DNA of 36,386 nucleotides, from assembly GCA_029974275.1 (NCBI GenBank), contig JARKSN010000125.1:1-36386 (forward strand), written 5' to 3'. A program made the translations under genes and the position numbers. Positions 26,470 to 36,298 of the stretch are shown here, in pieces. The notes beneath the pieces were generated by a model that saw only the letters and a list, made by a program, of their open reading frames with translations, did not search any database and was not told the origin of the DNA. The DNA is from Candidatus Hydrogenedentota bacterium (GTDB lineage Bacteria > Hydrogenedentota > Hydrogenedentia > Hydrogenedentales > SLHB01). How positions within the stretch are numbered: position 1 is the first letter of the stretch; each line of letters starts with the position of its first letter.

Positions 26470-28713
26470 TCACCCCAGAACGAAACGAATACGGCCGTCC
26501 GCGGCATCGACCACGGCCTTGCCCCCATTTGCCAAGCGTCCAAACAAGATTTCGTCGGCTAACGGGTCCTGTATTTCGCGCTGGATAAGACGGCTCAAGG
26601 GCCGCGCCCCGAAGGTTTCGTCGAAGCCCTGTTCGGCGAGCCACTCGCGCGCGGCGTCGGTCACGGAAAGAACGACTTTCTTTTCGGACAGGCGCGCCTG
26701 CAGTTCACGGACGAACTTGTCGACGATCCGCAACACGATCTCCTTGGGAAGGCTGTGGAACGTCACGATCGCGTCGATGCGGTTACGGAATTCCGGACTG
26801 AACGTTCGCTCGACGGCTTTGGCCCCCCGCGCGGCGCTGTCCGCGCGCGACGCACCAAACCCGATGATGTTGCCGGTCATTTCACGAGCGCCCGCGTTGG
26901 ATGTCATGACCAACACAATGTTGCGGAAATCCGCGCGCTTGCCGGCGTTGTCGGTAAGCGTGGCATGATCCATCACTTGCAACAGGATAGAGAACAGATC
27001 GGGGTGGGCCTTCTCGATCTCGTCCAACAACAACACGCCATACGGATGCCGCCGGACCTCGTCGGTCAACAAACCGCCCTGCTCGAAACCGACATAGCCG
27101 GGCGGCGCGCCGATCAAACGCGAGACGGCGTGCTTCTCCATATACTCGCTCATGTCGTACCGGGCGAAGTGCACGCCCATCGTCTGCGCCAAGCGACGAG
27201 CCACCTCGGTCTTGCCGACGCCGGTCGGGCCCGTGAACAAGAAACAGCCGATCGGCCTTTCCGGCGCGCCGAGTCCCGCGCGCGAACGCTTGATGGCGGC
27301 GGCGACGGCGTGGACGGCTTCGTCTTGGCCGTAGACCGCTTGGAGCAGTTCTTCTTCGAGATTCGCCAATTGCGCCTTGTCGCGCGCGGAAACGCTCCGC
27401 ACGGGAATGCGCGCGATATCCGCCACCACCCGTTCGATATCGCCCGGACGCACGGTGGTCTTGCCGCGCCGCGCCGAAAGCCGCAATGCCGCGCCGGCTT
27501 CGTCGATCACGTCAATCGCCTTGTCCGGCAAGAAACGGTCGTTGATGTGCTTGGCGCTAAGCTCGGCCGCCGCTTCGAGCGCCGAATCGGTGTAGGTGAT
27601 GCCGTGGTGCTCTTCGTAACGCGATTTCAGCCCGCGCAGAATCCGGGCGGTCTCTTCGATGGTGGGTTCCGTCACTTCAATCTTCTGGAACCTGCGGGAC
27701 AACGCCCGGTCTTTCTCGAAAATGTTCTTGTATTCCTCGTAGGTGGTCGATCCGATGCACCGGATTTCGCCCGAGGCCAACACGGGCTTCAGGATGTTCG
27801 AGGCATCCATGGTGCTGTCGGTCGTCGATCCCGCTCCCACAACGGTGTGGATCTCATCAATGAAAAGAACCGTGTTTTTGCGGCTCGCGAGGGCCGAGAG
27901 AACGGCTTTCAAGCGTTGCTCGAAGTCGCCTCGGAACTTCGTTCCCGCCAACAGCGCGGGCAAGTCGAGCATCAGGATTTCCGCCTTGGTCAGAACGTTG
28001 GGGACTTTGCCGTCGTGAATCCGCAACGCCAAACCTTCGACGAGGGCCGTTTTGCCGACGCCCGGCTCCCCGACATAGATGGGGTTGTTCTTCCGGCGAC
28101 GGCACAGCACCTGGAGCGTCCGGCGAATTTCCGGGTCGCGTCCGATCAGGGGATCGATCTTGCGTTCCGCAGCGCGCCGGGAAAGGTTGACGGTATACGC
28201 GGCGAGCACGTCTTGAGATTGCTTCGCGGTTTGCTCCGAGGTTTCGTCGGACCGGCCCGGAACCGAGAGCTCCGGATCGGCCTTCGATATCCCATGTGAG
28301 ATGTAGTGCAGCACATCCAGCCGCGAAAGGCCCTCGCTCGCGAGGAAATACGCCGCATACGAGTCCTTTTCCTCGAACATGGCCGCCAGAATGTCGCCGG
28401 CGTCCACCTGTTTCTTGCTGGCGTAATGCACATGCGTGATGGCCCGTTGCATCAGCCGCTCAAACCCAGCCGTTTGTTGGGGCAGATAGGTCCGTCCGCC
28501 GGGAACCCGCTCGAGGTTGTGTTGAAAAAAGTCTTCGAGCAATTGTTTGAGCGCGACGACGTCGCCGCCGCAATGGGTCACGATATCGCGGCCATAGTCG
28601 TCTTCCAGCAACGCGTAGAGGAGGTGTTCGGGACAGAAATATTCATGGCGCCGTTTGCGGGCTTCCCGCAGGGCCGCGCTCATCGTGTTTTCCAACCCTT
28701 TGCTCAGTTCCAT
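26470..28713 (-). CDS. clpA: ATP-dependent Clp protease ATP-binding subunit ClpA
   Basis: Two AAA+ modules (GEPGVGKT; GPTGVGKT), DMSEYMEKHAVSRLIGAPPGYVG, no ClpB middle domain, downstream of clpS. Confidence 0.95.
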   Translation of the reverse strand: MELSKGLENTMSAALREARKRRHEYFCPEHLLYALLEDDYGRDIVTHCGGDVVALKQLLEDFFQHNLERVPGGRTYLPQQTAGFERLMQRAITHVHYASKKQVDAGDILAAMFEEKDSYAAYFLASEGLSRLDVLHYISHGISKADPELSVPGRSDETSEQTAKQSQDVLAAYTVNLSRRAAERKIDPLIGRDPEIRRTLQVLCRRRKNNPIYVGEPGVGKTALVEGLALRIHDGKVPNVLTKAEILMLDLPALLAGTKFRGDFEQRLKAVLSALASRKNTVLFIDEIHTVVGAGSTTDSTMDASNILKPVLASGEIRCIGSTTYEEYKNIFEKDRALSRRFQKIEVTEPTIEETARILRGLKSRYEEHHGITYTDSALEAAAELSAKHINDRFLPDKAIDVIDEAGAALRLSARRGKTTVRPGDIERVVADIARIPVRSVSARDKAQLANLEEELLQAVYGQDEAVHAVAAAIKRSRAGLGAPERPIGCFLFTGPTGVGKTEVARRLAQTMGVHFARYDMSEYMEKHAVSRLIGAPPGYVGFEQGGLLTDEVRRHPYGVLLLDEIEKAHPDLFSILLQVMDHATLTDNAGKRADFRNIVLVMTSNAGAREMTGNIIGFGASRADSAARGAKAVERTFSPEFRNRIDAIVTFHSLPKEIVLRIVDKFVRELQARLSEKKVVLSVTDAAREWLAEQGFDETFGARPLSRLIQREIQDPLADEILFGRLANGGKAVVDAADGRIRFVLG

Positions 28714-28735
28714 ACTGCCTCCCCAGCGCCGGAGC

Positions 28736-29050
28736 CTATTCGGGCTCCATCGAACACTGCAGGGGATACCCCCTGTCGTGGGCCTGTGCATGCACCGAAG
28801 CGATTTTCGTTTCGGCTACGTCACCCGTGTAAACACCGCAGACGCCGATTCCATTCTTGTGAATCCGGAGCATGATGCGCACGGCGTCTTCGGGCTTTTT
28901 GTGGAAGACGGAGACCAGCATTTCCACGACGAACTCCATCGTCGTGTAGTCGTCGTTGTGCATCAACACGCGGTACATGGGCGGCGGTTTCAGCTTTTGG
29001 CGCGTTCGTTCGAGGACTTCTCCGCCCGTTCCGGGCACGTATTCCGGCAC
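28736..29050 (-). CDS. clpS: Clp protease adaptor ClpS
   Basis: PPMYRVLMHNDDYTTMEFVV...AETK...YPLQCSMEPE. GTG start with an AAGGAG SD. Confidence 0.95.
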   Translation of the reverse strand: MPEYVPGTGGEVLERTRQKLKPPPMYRVLMHNDDYTTMEFVVEMLVSVFHKKPEDAVRIMLRIHKNGIGVCGVYTGDVAETKIASVHAQAHDRGYPLQCSMEPE

Positions 29051-29130
29051 GATCTTCTCCTTCGGGCGCCGGATTCCGGCGCTAACCGCCATATTCGCCG
29101 GGATCATAGCACACGGCGCAGTCCATCCCG

Positions 29131-29208
29131 AAAAATACATAATAAAAACCGGGGCATTTTTCCCTGCGGCGCGCGGCATGCGCTTCGCTTTGGAAAAAAT
29201 GCCCCGGT
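29131..29208 (-). terminator. Intrinsic terminator-like long hairpin between the 62-aa gene and clpS
   Basis: 14-bp perfect IR ACCGGGGCATTTTT (29148-29161) / AAAAATGCCCCGGT (29195-29208), followed on the minus strand by TTTTATTATGTATTTTT. Confidence 0.6.
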
Positions 29209-29267
29209 CTCATTTCGGTGCGCATGCAGCGCCGCGGGGTCGGCGCCCAAACGCGCGAATCAACCCA

Positions 29268-29456
29268 TCACTTGATGTCCGCGATGAAGCTCCGGTAGAA
29301 CCCCGAAAGACCGCCGACCCTGCGGAGCCGGACATCCTGAAGTCTGTACACCTTCAGTTTTGCGACAGCTTCTTTTGCGTCTCGGGCGATCACGGTGCCC
29401 GACTCGACCGTTTCTTCTTGGCGCTTGGTGGACGCCACGTACTCGAACACAGCCAC
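29268..29456 (-). CDS. 62-aa protein resembling the N-terminal cytoplasmic extension of PilC/GspF
   Basis: (M)AVFEYVASTKRQEETVESGTVIARDAKEAVAKLKVYRL...; GTG start with a GGGAGAG SD; own promoter and downstream terminator. Confidence 0.65.
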   Translation of the reverse strand: MAVFEYVASTKRQEETVESGTVIARDAKEAVAKLKVYRLQDVRLRRVGGLSGFYRSFIADIK

Positions 29457-29564
29457 GTTTGCTCTCCCTGACCTGTTGCGACCCCGATTAACGCTACACA
29501 ATAAGGGCTGACGAGTGAAACGGGACACAACCTAATACGGAGCAAAGATCAAAAGGTTCGAATT

Positions 29565-29593
29565 ATGGTATCATCTCTCTTCTCTAGGGTCAA
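29565..29593 (-). promoter_or_regulatory. Sigma70-type promoter for the 62-aa gene
   Basis: TTGACC, 17 nt, TACCAT (preceded by TG) on the minus strand. Confidence 0.5.
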
Positions 29594-29622
29594 GAGGGGA
29601 TCGCGCGCATTGCGATCTCCTC
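29594..29622 (-). terminator. Hairpin downstream of the rhamnose isomerase gene
   Basis: GAGGGGATCGC / GCGATCTCCTC, 11-bp stem with one mismatch; weak U-tract. Confidence 0.35.
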
Positions 29623-29656
29623 GGCATCTTCTTTATTGTGAACATGTTAGAAACGA

Positions 29657-30856
29657 TTATTTTCGTTCCTTCTGGACTTTTTCCAGGTATCCGCTCGCAC
29701 GGAAGGCCAAAATCGGGTCTGGGTCAATCCCCATGTCGAGGCGCACCTGGGCCAACAGCGGGCGCACGTCCGTCTGGTAGGCCTCCTGCAACACCTCTTC
29801 CGCGCCGATAATATCGCCGTTTTGCTGGGCCTGGGTGAGGGCGGCGCGGTCCACCAGCAACGCGCGCGCGTACGCCGTCTGGCAGTTCATGACGGATTGG
29901 ATCATGGCCTCGATCTTCGGTTTTTCGTTGTGGCTCTGGTCGATCATGTATGCGATGTTGGGGCGCAACGCGGGATCGTCTTCGGCGGCGACCAGTTCAT
30001 TATAGATGAGGAAGAGTTCGAACGGGTTGATGCTGCCGACGGTGAGATCGTCGTCGGCATACTTCTTGTTGTTGAAGTGAAAGCCGCCCATCTTGCCCTC
30101 GTCGATCAGGAATGCAACGATGTGTTCAATGTTGGAGCCGAGAGGGTGATGGCCGAGGTCGACCAGCACCTGCGCTCGTTGACCGAGACGCTGACACAGG
30201 ACGTAGGACATGCCCCAATCGCCGATGTCGGTATGGTAGAAGGCGGGCTCGAAAAACTTGTACTCGATGAGCATGCGCATGGTCTCGGGCATGGCTGCGT
30301 AGGCCGCCAGCAATCCCTCGATGAGATAGCGCTTGCGGCGGCGGAAATCGCCCTGGCCGGGATAGTTGGTGCCATCGGCGAACCACAGGCTTTGGATGTC
30401 GGACTTGACCGTCTTGCCGATTTCGATGCATTCGATCAGGTGGTCGAGGGCTTTCCTGCGCACGGCGGCGCTCTCGTTGGTCAAGCTGCCGAGCTTGTAC
30501 TCGTCGTCCTGAAAGAGATTCGGGTTGATCGCGCCGATCCGCACGCCGAGCTGGTTCGCGTATTCGCTGAGCTTGCCGAAGTCGTCGACCTTGTCCCAGG
30601 GGATGTGGATCGCGACGGACGGCGCGACGCCGGTCAGCGTGTGAACCGCGGCCGCATCCTCCATTTTCTCGAAGGGGTTGCGCGGCACGCCCGGCTGGCG
30701 AAAGACCTTGAAGCGCGTGCCCGAATCGCCATAGGCCCACGACGGCGTCTCGATGTGGTGCCTCTTGATGCGTTGCTTGATGCGGTCAAGCGGCCCCACG
30801 CGCTGTTCCAACGCGGCCAATGCGGATGTCAACGTTTTCGGATCGGTGCGTGTCAT
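29657..30856 (-). CDS. rhaI: L-rhamnose isomerase (RhaI type, xylose-isomerase-like TIM barrel)
   Basis: [53 protein letters not shown]...YADDDL, MIDQSHN. ATG at 30856 with an AAGGAG SD. Confidence 0.9.
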   Translation of the reverse strand: MTRTDPKTLTSALAALEQRVGPLDRIKQRIKRHHIETPSWAYGDSGTRFKVFRQPGVPRNPFEKMEDAAAVHTLTGVAPSVAIHIPWDKVDDFGKLSEYANQLGVRIGAINPNLFQDDEYKLGSLTNESAAVRRKALDHLIECIEIGKTVKSDIQSLWFADGTNYPGQGDFRRRKRYLIEGLLAAYAAMPETMRMLIEYKFFEPAFYHTDIGDWGMSYVLCQRLGQRAQVLVDLGHHPLGSNIEHIVAFLIDEGKMGGFHFNNKKYADDDLTVGSINPFELFLIYNELVAAEDDPALRPNIAYMIDQSHNEKPKIEAMIQSVMNCQTAYARALLVDRAALTQAQQNGDIIGAEEVLQEAYQTDVRPLLAQVRLDMGIDPDPILAFRASGYLEKVQKERK

Positions 30857-30914
30857 GCCAGGCTCCTTGTCGTGGAAGGAAAGTCGCCGCTTTCCCCCTC
30901 TGGGCTGTTTGCGG

Positions 30915-32000
30915 TCACGTCGGCGTCCGCGCGAAAAGCGCAGCGCCGAGACAGAAAAATACGGCATTCGCGAACCACGCCGCAACCGCCGGACTCAAGC
31001 GCCCGACATCGCCCAGCCAGATGCCTACTGCATATACGATGAGATAGGCGATGGCGATGACAATGCTTGCGCCAAAGCCGATGGCAAGTCCGCCCCGCCG
31101 GATGCGCAGGGCGAACGGCACGGCCAAGCCGACCATCACGAAACATAGGGCGGGTTGCGAAAACTTGACGTGGTAGTCGACCCATAGGCCGGGTTCACGG
31201 GCGCCGCGGGCCTCGGCGCGGCGGATATCCGCGGCGAGCTGGCGTGCGGTTTTGGTTTCGGGCGGCTCGCGCAGGGCGAACAATTCCTCGGGCGGCTCCT
31301 GGAAGGGCGCGGGCTGCTGCGTAATGCGCATCGCCTCGCGACGCTCGCGCGCCTCGGGCCCGAAAAGATAACGATGTCCGTCCTCGAGAATCCATTGGCG
31401 GCGGTCTGAGTCCCAATAGATGCGCCGGGCGACGATCTGTTCGACCGCGTCGGGCCGGATAGCGTGAATCAGGACATCCTCGCCCGTCAAGGCAATGCTG
31501 TTGAACTTCATGATGTGGCAGGTCCAGTCGCCGGAAAGATTGGCCCAACTCATGCCATCGCGCTTGCCTGCTTCCGGATTTCGGGAAAAGTAGTTTTTTT
31601 GCAGGTCCGTCGCGGTTCGGGCGGCCCTGGCGCCCACGCCTTCTTCCATGGCGAACGCGGCGACAGCCAACGCGATCCCGAGCGCCGCCGGCATCCAGAC
31701 CAAACGTTTCAGGCTGATGCCGCAGGCCAGCGCAGCGGTCACTTCGTTGTTCTGGGCCGCGTCGCCCAGCACGAGCAACACCGCCACCAACATGGACAGC
31801 GGCGCGACGCGATACAGTATCTCCGGCGTCATGGCCGCGTAGTACCGGAGGATGGCGTTCCAGGGAACGTCGTACCGCAGGATCGCATCGCGGCGCTGCG
31901 TGAGCAGATCGATGAGGATGTACAGGCACAACAAGGTGATCAGCGCACGCGCCAACGCGCCGAGATGCCGCGCCAACAAATAGCGATCGAGCGTGGTCAT
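30915..32000 (-). CDS. lptG: LPS export permease, LptG-like
   Basis: [40 protein letters not shown] overlap with lptF. Confidence 0.8.
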   Translation of the reverse strand: MTTLDRYLLARHLGALARALITLLCLYILIDLLTQRRDAILRYDVPWNAILRYYAAMTPEILYRVAPLSMLVAVLLVLGDAAQNNEVTAALACGISLKRLVWMPAALGIALAVAAFAMEEGVGARAARTATDLQKNYFSRNPEAGKRDGMSWANLSGDWTCHIMKFNSIALTGEDVLIHAIRPDAVEQIVARRIYWDSDRRQWILEDGHRYLFGPEARERREAMRITQQPAPFQEPPEELFALREPPETKTARQLAADIRRAEARGAREPGLWVDYHVKFSQPALCFVMVGLAVPFALRIRRGGLAIGFGASIVIAIAYLIVYAVGIWLGDVGRLSPAVAAWFANAVFFCLGAALFARTPT

Positions 32001-33100
32001 ATCCGGTCCACCCGGCGCAAGAACCATACGCCCGCTAGCGACAGGACAATGTTGGGCGCCAGTCCGCGCAAAATCGCCTCCTGCAACGACACCAAGGAGC
32101 GGGGCTCCATCGTGACTTTCAAGACGAAGTAAACGAGGAATATCGCCGCGCCAACGCCGAAACTGTACGAACGCCCCCCGTGCTGCGCCCGCACGCCAAG
32201 GGGAGCCGCGACGATGCTCACGGCAAAACACGCCAAGGGAAACGCGAATCGATCTGCGATTTCCCGGCGCCAACTGATCAACTCGTCCCTGTTCTCGCGG
32301 GAGGGGGCCTTATCCGTTTTGTCCGCCCATTCCCGCTCGCCCGCAAACAGGTCTCGCAGGGGAGCCTGACGGCGCAAGCCCGCCGCCGCCTTGACGTGGA
32401 CGTCCGGCGTCGGCAAGGTCCACACGGGGAACGTGCTGCGCATGATGCCGCCGCCCTCTTCGGGCGGAATAATGTGGCCGTCATGCAGTTCGATGCGCTT
32501 GCGTCCGTTCTCTTCGATCACTCGCGCGGTGTTGGCGTAAAAGACCCAAGGGCGGCCCTGCTCGTCGGGACGCAGGATGTCGACCTTGCGCAACGAGCCG
32601 TCCGGATCGCGGGCGCCGATGTAGACGCGCCAGCCCGCGTATTCGTGCATCACCCCCGGCGGAAGCGTGTCGAATCCGATGCGCAACGGCAGTTCGACCG
32701 CCATGATGGCGTAAAGCCTCTGGGCCGCCCACGGCTGCACCCGATCCTGGATCAGCGCCGTACAAACGCTCAGCGCCAGCCCGCCGGCGATCACCGGCCC
32801 CACCACGCGTTTGAGCGGTATGCCCGCCGCGCGCATCGCGGTGATCTCGTTGTGTTGCGCCAGGCGCCCAAACGCCAACAGAATGCCCATGAGATAGGTT
32901 ACGGGAACGATGTACGCCACCAACGTCGGCAAAAAACATGCGGCCAGGCGCGCCACGTCGCCCAACGTCACGAACGCCACGGGCAGTTGATCGGTCCTCT
33001 CGCGCAATTCATTCGCGATGCCCACAAAGCTAATGACCGCGAACGCCAGAATCGACGGCGCGGCAATCTCCTTGAGCACATAGCGGCTGATCCGATTCAC
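31997..33100 (-). CDS. lptF: LPS export permease, LptF-like
   Basis: RISRYVLKEI, GILLAFGRLAQHNEITAMRAAGI, RFAFPLAC...APLG. First of the LptF/G pair. Confidence 0.8.
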   Translation of the reverse strand: MNRISRYVLKEIAAPSILAFAVISFVGIANELRERTDQLPVAFVTLGDVARLAACFLPTLVAYIVPVTYLMGILLAFGRLAQHNEITAMRAAGIPLKRVVGPVIAGGLALSVCTALIQDRVQPWAAQRLYAIMAVELPLRIGFDTLPPGVMHEYAGWRVYIGARDPDGSLRKVDILRPDEQGRPWVFYANTARVIEENGRKRIELHDGHIIPPEEGGGIMRSTFPVWTLPTPDVHVKAAAGLRRQAPLRDLFAGEREWADKTDKAPSRENRDELISWRREIADRFAFPLACFAVSIVAAPLGVRAQHGGRSYSFGVGAAIFLVYFVLKVTMEPRSLVSLQEAILRGLAPNIVLSLAGVWFLRRVDRI

Positions 33101-33135
33101 GTCTCTCTCCTCGTCACACGCACGGAAGAAGCGGC

Positions 33136-33144
33136 ATTATACCA
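33136..33144 (-). promoter_or_regulatory. Extended -10 promoter for lptFG
   Basis: TGGTATAAT on the minus strand, about 35 nt upstream of the GTG. Confidence 0.45.
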
Positions 33145-33227
33145 AAGAGGTCGCGCGATGCGCGCAGTCCTTCCGCAATCCGGAAAGGCGCGGCGTCATG
33201 AAGGCCTAAGCGCCCTCAAGCGGGCCG

Positions 33228-33256
33228 TTGACACGGCGGGCGATATGTAGTATACT
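33228..33256 (+). promoter_or_regulatory. Sigma70 promoter of the ars operon
   Basis: TTGACA, 17 nt, TATACT. Confidence 0.8.
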
Positions 33257-33275
33257 TCGCCATATGACGAAATAT
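33252..33275. promoter_or_regulatory. Putative ArsR operator (imperfect 24-bp palindrome overlapping -10/+1)
   Basis: ATACTTCGCCATATGACGAAATAT matches its reverse complement at 20 of 24 positions. Confidence 0.65.
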
Positions 33276-33284
33276 GGAGGCCCT

Positions 33285-33650
33285 ATGCAGGCGTTGCTGC
33301 GCATCACCAAAGCGTTGGCGGACGAGACGCGGGTCCGCCTGCTCATGGCCCTGGAGAGTCGCGAAGTGTGCGTGTGCCAGCTCATCGAACTGGTGGACAT
33401 GGCCCCTTCGACGGTCTCGAAGCATCTGGCGTTGTTGCGCGCGGCGGGACTCATCGACGGGCGCAAAAGCGGCCGATGGATGCACTACCGGCACGCGGGC
33501 GACGACGCGCCCGAGATGGTGCGCGAGGCGTTGGCGTGGGTGAGAACGGCGTTGCGCAAAAACAAGACGATTATCGCGGACGCGCGCAAACTCGCGGCGG
33601 TGTTGAAGCAGGACGCCGGAGAGCTGAGCCGAAAGCAGTGTTGCCGATGA
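33285..33650 (+). CDS. arsR: ArsR/SmtB family arsenic-responsive repressor
   Basis: KALADETRVRLL, EVCVCQL, STVSKHLALLRAAGLI, GRWMHY; C-terminal CC; GGAGG SD. Confidence 0.9.
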   Translation: MQALLRITKALADETRVRLLMALESREVCVCQLIELVDMAPSTVSKHLALLRAAGLIDGRKSGRWMHYRHAGDDAPEMVREALAWVRTALRKNKTIIADARKLAAVLKQDAGELSRKQCCR

Positions 33651-34114
33651 AGCCGAAGGTGCTGTTTCTTTGCACGGGCAACTCGTGTCGCAGCCAGATG
33701 GCGGAGGGCTGGGCGCGGCATTTGCACGCGGACGCGATCGACGCGTATTCGGCGGGCACTGAGACGCACGGGCTGAATCCCCGCGCGGTTGCCGTGATGG
33801 CCGAAGTCGGCGTGGACATTTCGCGGCATCGATCAAAACGCCTGCGCGAATTTGCGGATGCGTCGTTCGATCTCGTCGTTACGGTGTGCAGCGCGGCGCA
33901 TGAGGGCTGCCCCGTGTTTCCCGGCGCGCCGCGCGTGGTGCATGCGGGATTCGACGACCCGCCAAGGCTTGCGGCTGCTGCACGCACGGAGGAAGAGGCC
34001 CTGGGCCATTACCGTCGCGTGCGCGACGAGATTCGAGACTTCGTGAAAACGTTGCCTGACATCCTGGACGCATCGTGCACCATTCGCTGCTTCCAAGAAA
34101 GGAACCCCTCATGA
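33647..34114 (+). CDS. arsC: Arsenate reductase, thioredoxin-coupled (LMW-PTP fold)
   Basis: LFLCTGNSCRSQMAEG, TVCSAAHEGCP (resolving Cys pair), FDDP, RRVRDEI. ATGA overlaps. Confidence 0.92.
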   Translation: MKPKVLFLCTGNSCRSQMAEGWARHLHADAIDAYSAGTETHGLNPRAVAVMAEVGVDISRHRSKRLREFADASFDLVVTVCSAAHEGCPVFPGAPRVVHAGFDDPPRLAAAARTEEEALGHYRRVRDEIRDFVKTLPDILDASCTIRCFQERNPS

Positions 34115-35037
34115 CGCAGGAAAAAGCTTCTTTGGACCATAACGATCCGGACGCCATCCGCGCCATCGTGCGCGATGGGTATGCGGCCATTGCCCGGCGC
34201 ACAACCGAGGAGACGTCGGAGAAGGCGCCGTGCTGTGCGCCGGCGTCGTCAAATCCGGGTTGCTGTTCGTCCCCGCCCGCACCACAGGCCGCGTCATGTT
34301 GCGGGGCGGGGAAAGGCGGGGAACTGGCGGCGGCGCTGGGCTACGACGCAGGCGAGGTGGACGCGCTTCCCGAAGGCGCGAACATGGGATTGTCGTGCGG
34401 CAACCCGACGGCGATTGCCTCGCTGAAACCCGGCGAGGTCGTGCTCGATCTCGGCAGCGGCGGCGGATTCGACGTGTTTATTGCAGGCCGCAAAGTCGGC
34501 GCGACGGGCCGCGCGATCGGCGTGGATATGACGCCCGAGATGCTGGCGTTGGCGCGGCGCAACACGGCGGGCTATCGCGCCGCCACAGGGCTGGACAACG
34601 TCGAATTTCGCTTGGGCGAGATCGAGCATTTGCCGGTCGCGGATGCGTCCGTCGACGTGGTGATTTCGAATTGCGTGATCAACTTGTCGCCGGACAAACC
34701 CCAGGTATGGCGCGAATTGGCGCGCGTCCTGAAGCCCGGCGGGCGCGTGGCGGCGTCGGATATCGCGTTGCTCAAGCCGCTGCCGGATGCGGTCCGCCAG
34801 ATGGTCGAGTCTCTCGTGGGTTGCGTGGCGGGCGCGGTTCTGGCGGACGAAACCGATCGCATGGCGCGCGATGCTGGCCTTGCCGATGTCGCATTGGCGC
34901 CGCATCCCGATTACATCGAAGCGATGACTTCGTGGGAAGACCCGTTGTATCAGCGGATTGTGGCCGCGCTGCCCAAAGGCGCCAAGGCCAGCGATTATGT
35001 GACCAGCCTCAATGTAAGCGCGCGAAAACCGGCATAA
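34111..35037 (+). CDS. arsM: Arsenite S-adenosylmethionine methyltransferase
   Basis: [42 protein letters not shown]; Cys-rich N-terminus. Confidence 0.92.
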   Translation: MTQEKASLDHNDPDAIRAIVRDGYAAIARRTTEETSEKAPCCAPASSNPGCCSSPPAPQAASCCGAGKGGELAAALGYDAGEVDALPEGANMGLSCGNPTAIASLKPGEVVLDLGSGGGFDVFIAGRKVGATGRAIGVDMTPEMLALARRNTAGYRAATGLDNVEFRLGEIEHLPVADASVDVVISNCVINLSPDKPQVWRELARVLKPGGRVAASDIALLKPLPDAVRQMVESLVGCVAGAVLADETDRMARDAGLADVALAPHPDYIEAMTSWEDPLYQRIVAALPKGAKASDYVTSLNVSARKPA

Positions 35038-35056
35038 CCGTCGAGGAGAATGGCTC

Positions 35057-36298
35057 ATGTCCACACCGACCGCCCCCCCGCCCGAGACCAAGGCGTTGAG
35101 CCTGTTCGAGCGGTATCTGTCGCTATGGGTGTTGTTGTGCATCGGAGCGGGGATCGCGCTGGGGAAACTCGCGCCACAGATCGCGGCGCGCCTCGACGCC
35201 ATGTCCGTCAACGTGAACGGCGCGCCGGTGGTGTCGATCCCGATCGCCATCTGCCTCTTCTTCATGATGTATCCCATCATGGTGAAAATCGATTTTGCGG
35301 AAGTGTTGAAAGCGGGCCGCAGCGTGAAGCCGGTGTTGCTGACGCTATTCGTGAATTGGGGCGTGAAGCCGTTCACGATGTACGCGATCGCCCTGCTCTT
35401 TCTCGGCACGTTGTTCTATGGCTTTATCGGCCCAGATGCGGTGGACCACGTGAAAATGCCGCTGGGGCTCGATCTGCCCGCGGGCGCGATTCATGGCGAT
35501 GGCAGAGTGGTTGAAATCGGCGGCGTGCGCATGCTCGAAGTGCCGTTGTGGCGCAGTTACCTTGCCGGATGCATTCTGTTGGGCATTGCGCCGTGCACCG
35601 CGATGGTTCTGGTCTGGGGCTTTCTCGCGAAGGGAAACGATGGCCATACGCTCGTGATGGTGGCCATCAACTCGTTGTCAATGCTGCTGCTTTACGGTCC
35701 GCTGGGCGGATTCCTGCTGGGCGTCGGGCGGCTGCCGGTGCCGTGGCAGGCGCTGGTGCTGTCGATCGCGATCTACGTGGCCTTGCCCCTCGCGGCCGGC
35801 TACGTGTCGCGCAAACTCATCCTGCGGGCGAAGGGCGAAGCTTGGTTCAAGGAACGTTTCCTTCACTTCCTCACGCCGATCACGATCATCGCGCTGTTGC
35901 TCACGCTGATCCTGCTCTTCTCGTTCAAGGGCGAGGTGATCATCTCGAATCCGCTGACAATAGTATGGATCGCGATTCCGCTGTTCCTGCAAACGCTGCT
36001 GATCTTTGCCTTGGGGTATGCGCTTGCGCGCATGCTGCGTCTGCGCTACGAAGACGCAGCACCGTCGGCCCTCATCGGCGCTTCGAATCACTTCGAGGTC
36101 GCCATCGCGACGGCCACCATGCTCTTCGGGCTCTCGTCCGGTGCGGCGCTGGCAACCGTGGTGGGCGTGTTGATTGAGGTGCCGACCATGTTGTTGCTGG
36201 TAAAGGCGTGTGTGGCGTCGCAAGGGTGGTTCGCCCCGAAACGCCCGCAGGGCTATCGCATTAAAAGTCACATAGCCAGGAGGATTTCCTTGAGGTAG
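35057..36298 (+). CDS. acr3: Arsenite efflux transporter Acr3 (C-terminal ~16 aa supplied by IS sequence)
   Basis: [53 protein letters not shown]. Confidence 0.92.
   Translation: MSTPTAPPPETKALSLFERYLSLWVLLCIGAGIALGKLAPQIAARLDAMSVNVNGAPVVSIPIAICLFFMMYPIMVKIDFAEVLKAGRSVKPVLLTLFVNWGVKPFTMYAIALLFLGTLFYGFIGPDAVDHVKMPLGLDLPAGAIHGDGRVVEIGGVRMLEVPLWRSYLAGCILLGIAPCTAMVLVWGFLAKGNDGHTLVMVAINSLSMLLLYGPLGGFLLGVGRLPVPWQALVLSIAIYVALPLAAGYVSRKLILRAKGEAWFKERFLHFLTPITIIALLLTLILLFSFKGEVIISNPLTIVWIAIPLFLQTLLIFALGYALARMLRLRYEDAAPSALIGASNHFEVAIATATMLFGLSSGAALATVVGVLIEVPTMLLLVKACVASQGWFAPKRPQGYRIKSHIARRISLR

Noticed and set aside
29508..29521. CTGACGAGTGAAAC, resembling a hammerhead ribozyme core
   Set aside because: No room for stem II, and the candidate stem III partner reads CCCGA rather than CCCGU-H, so the core cannot be completed.
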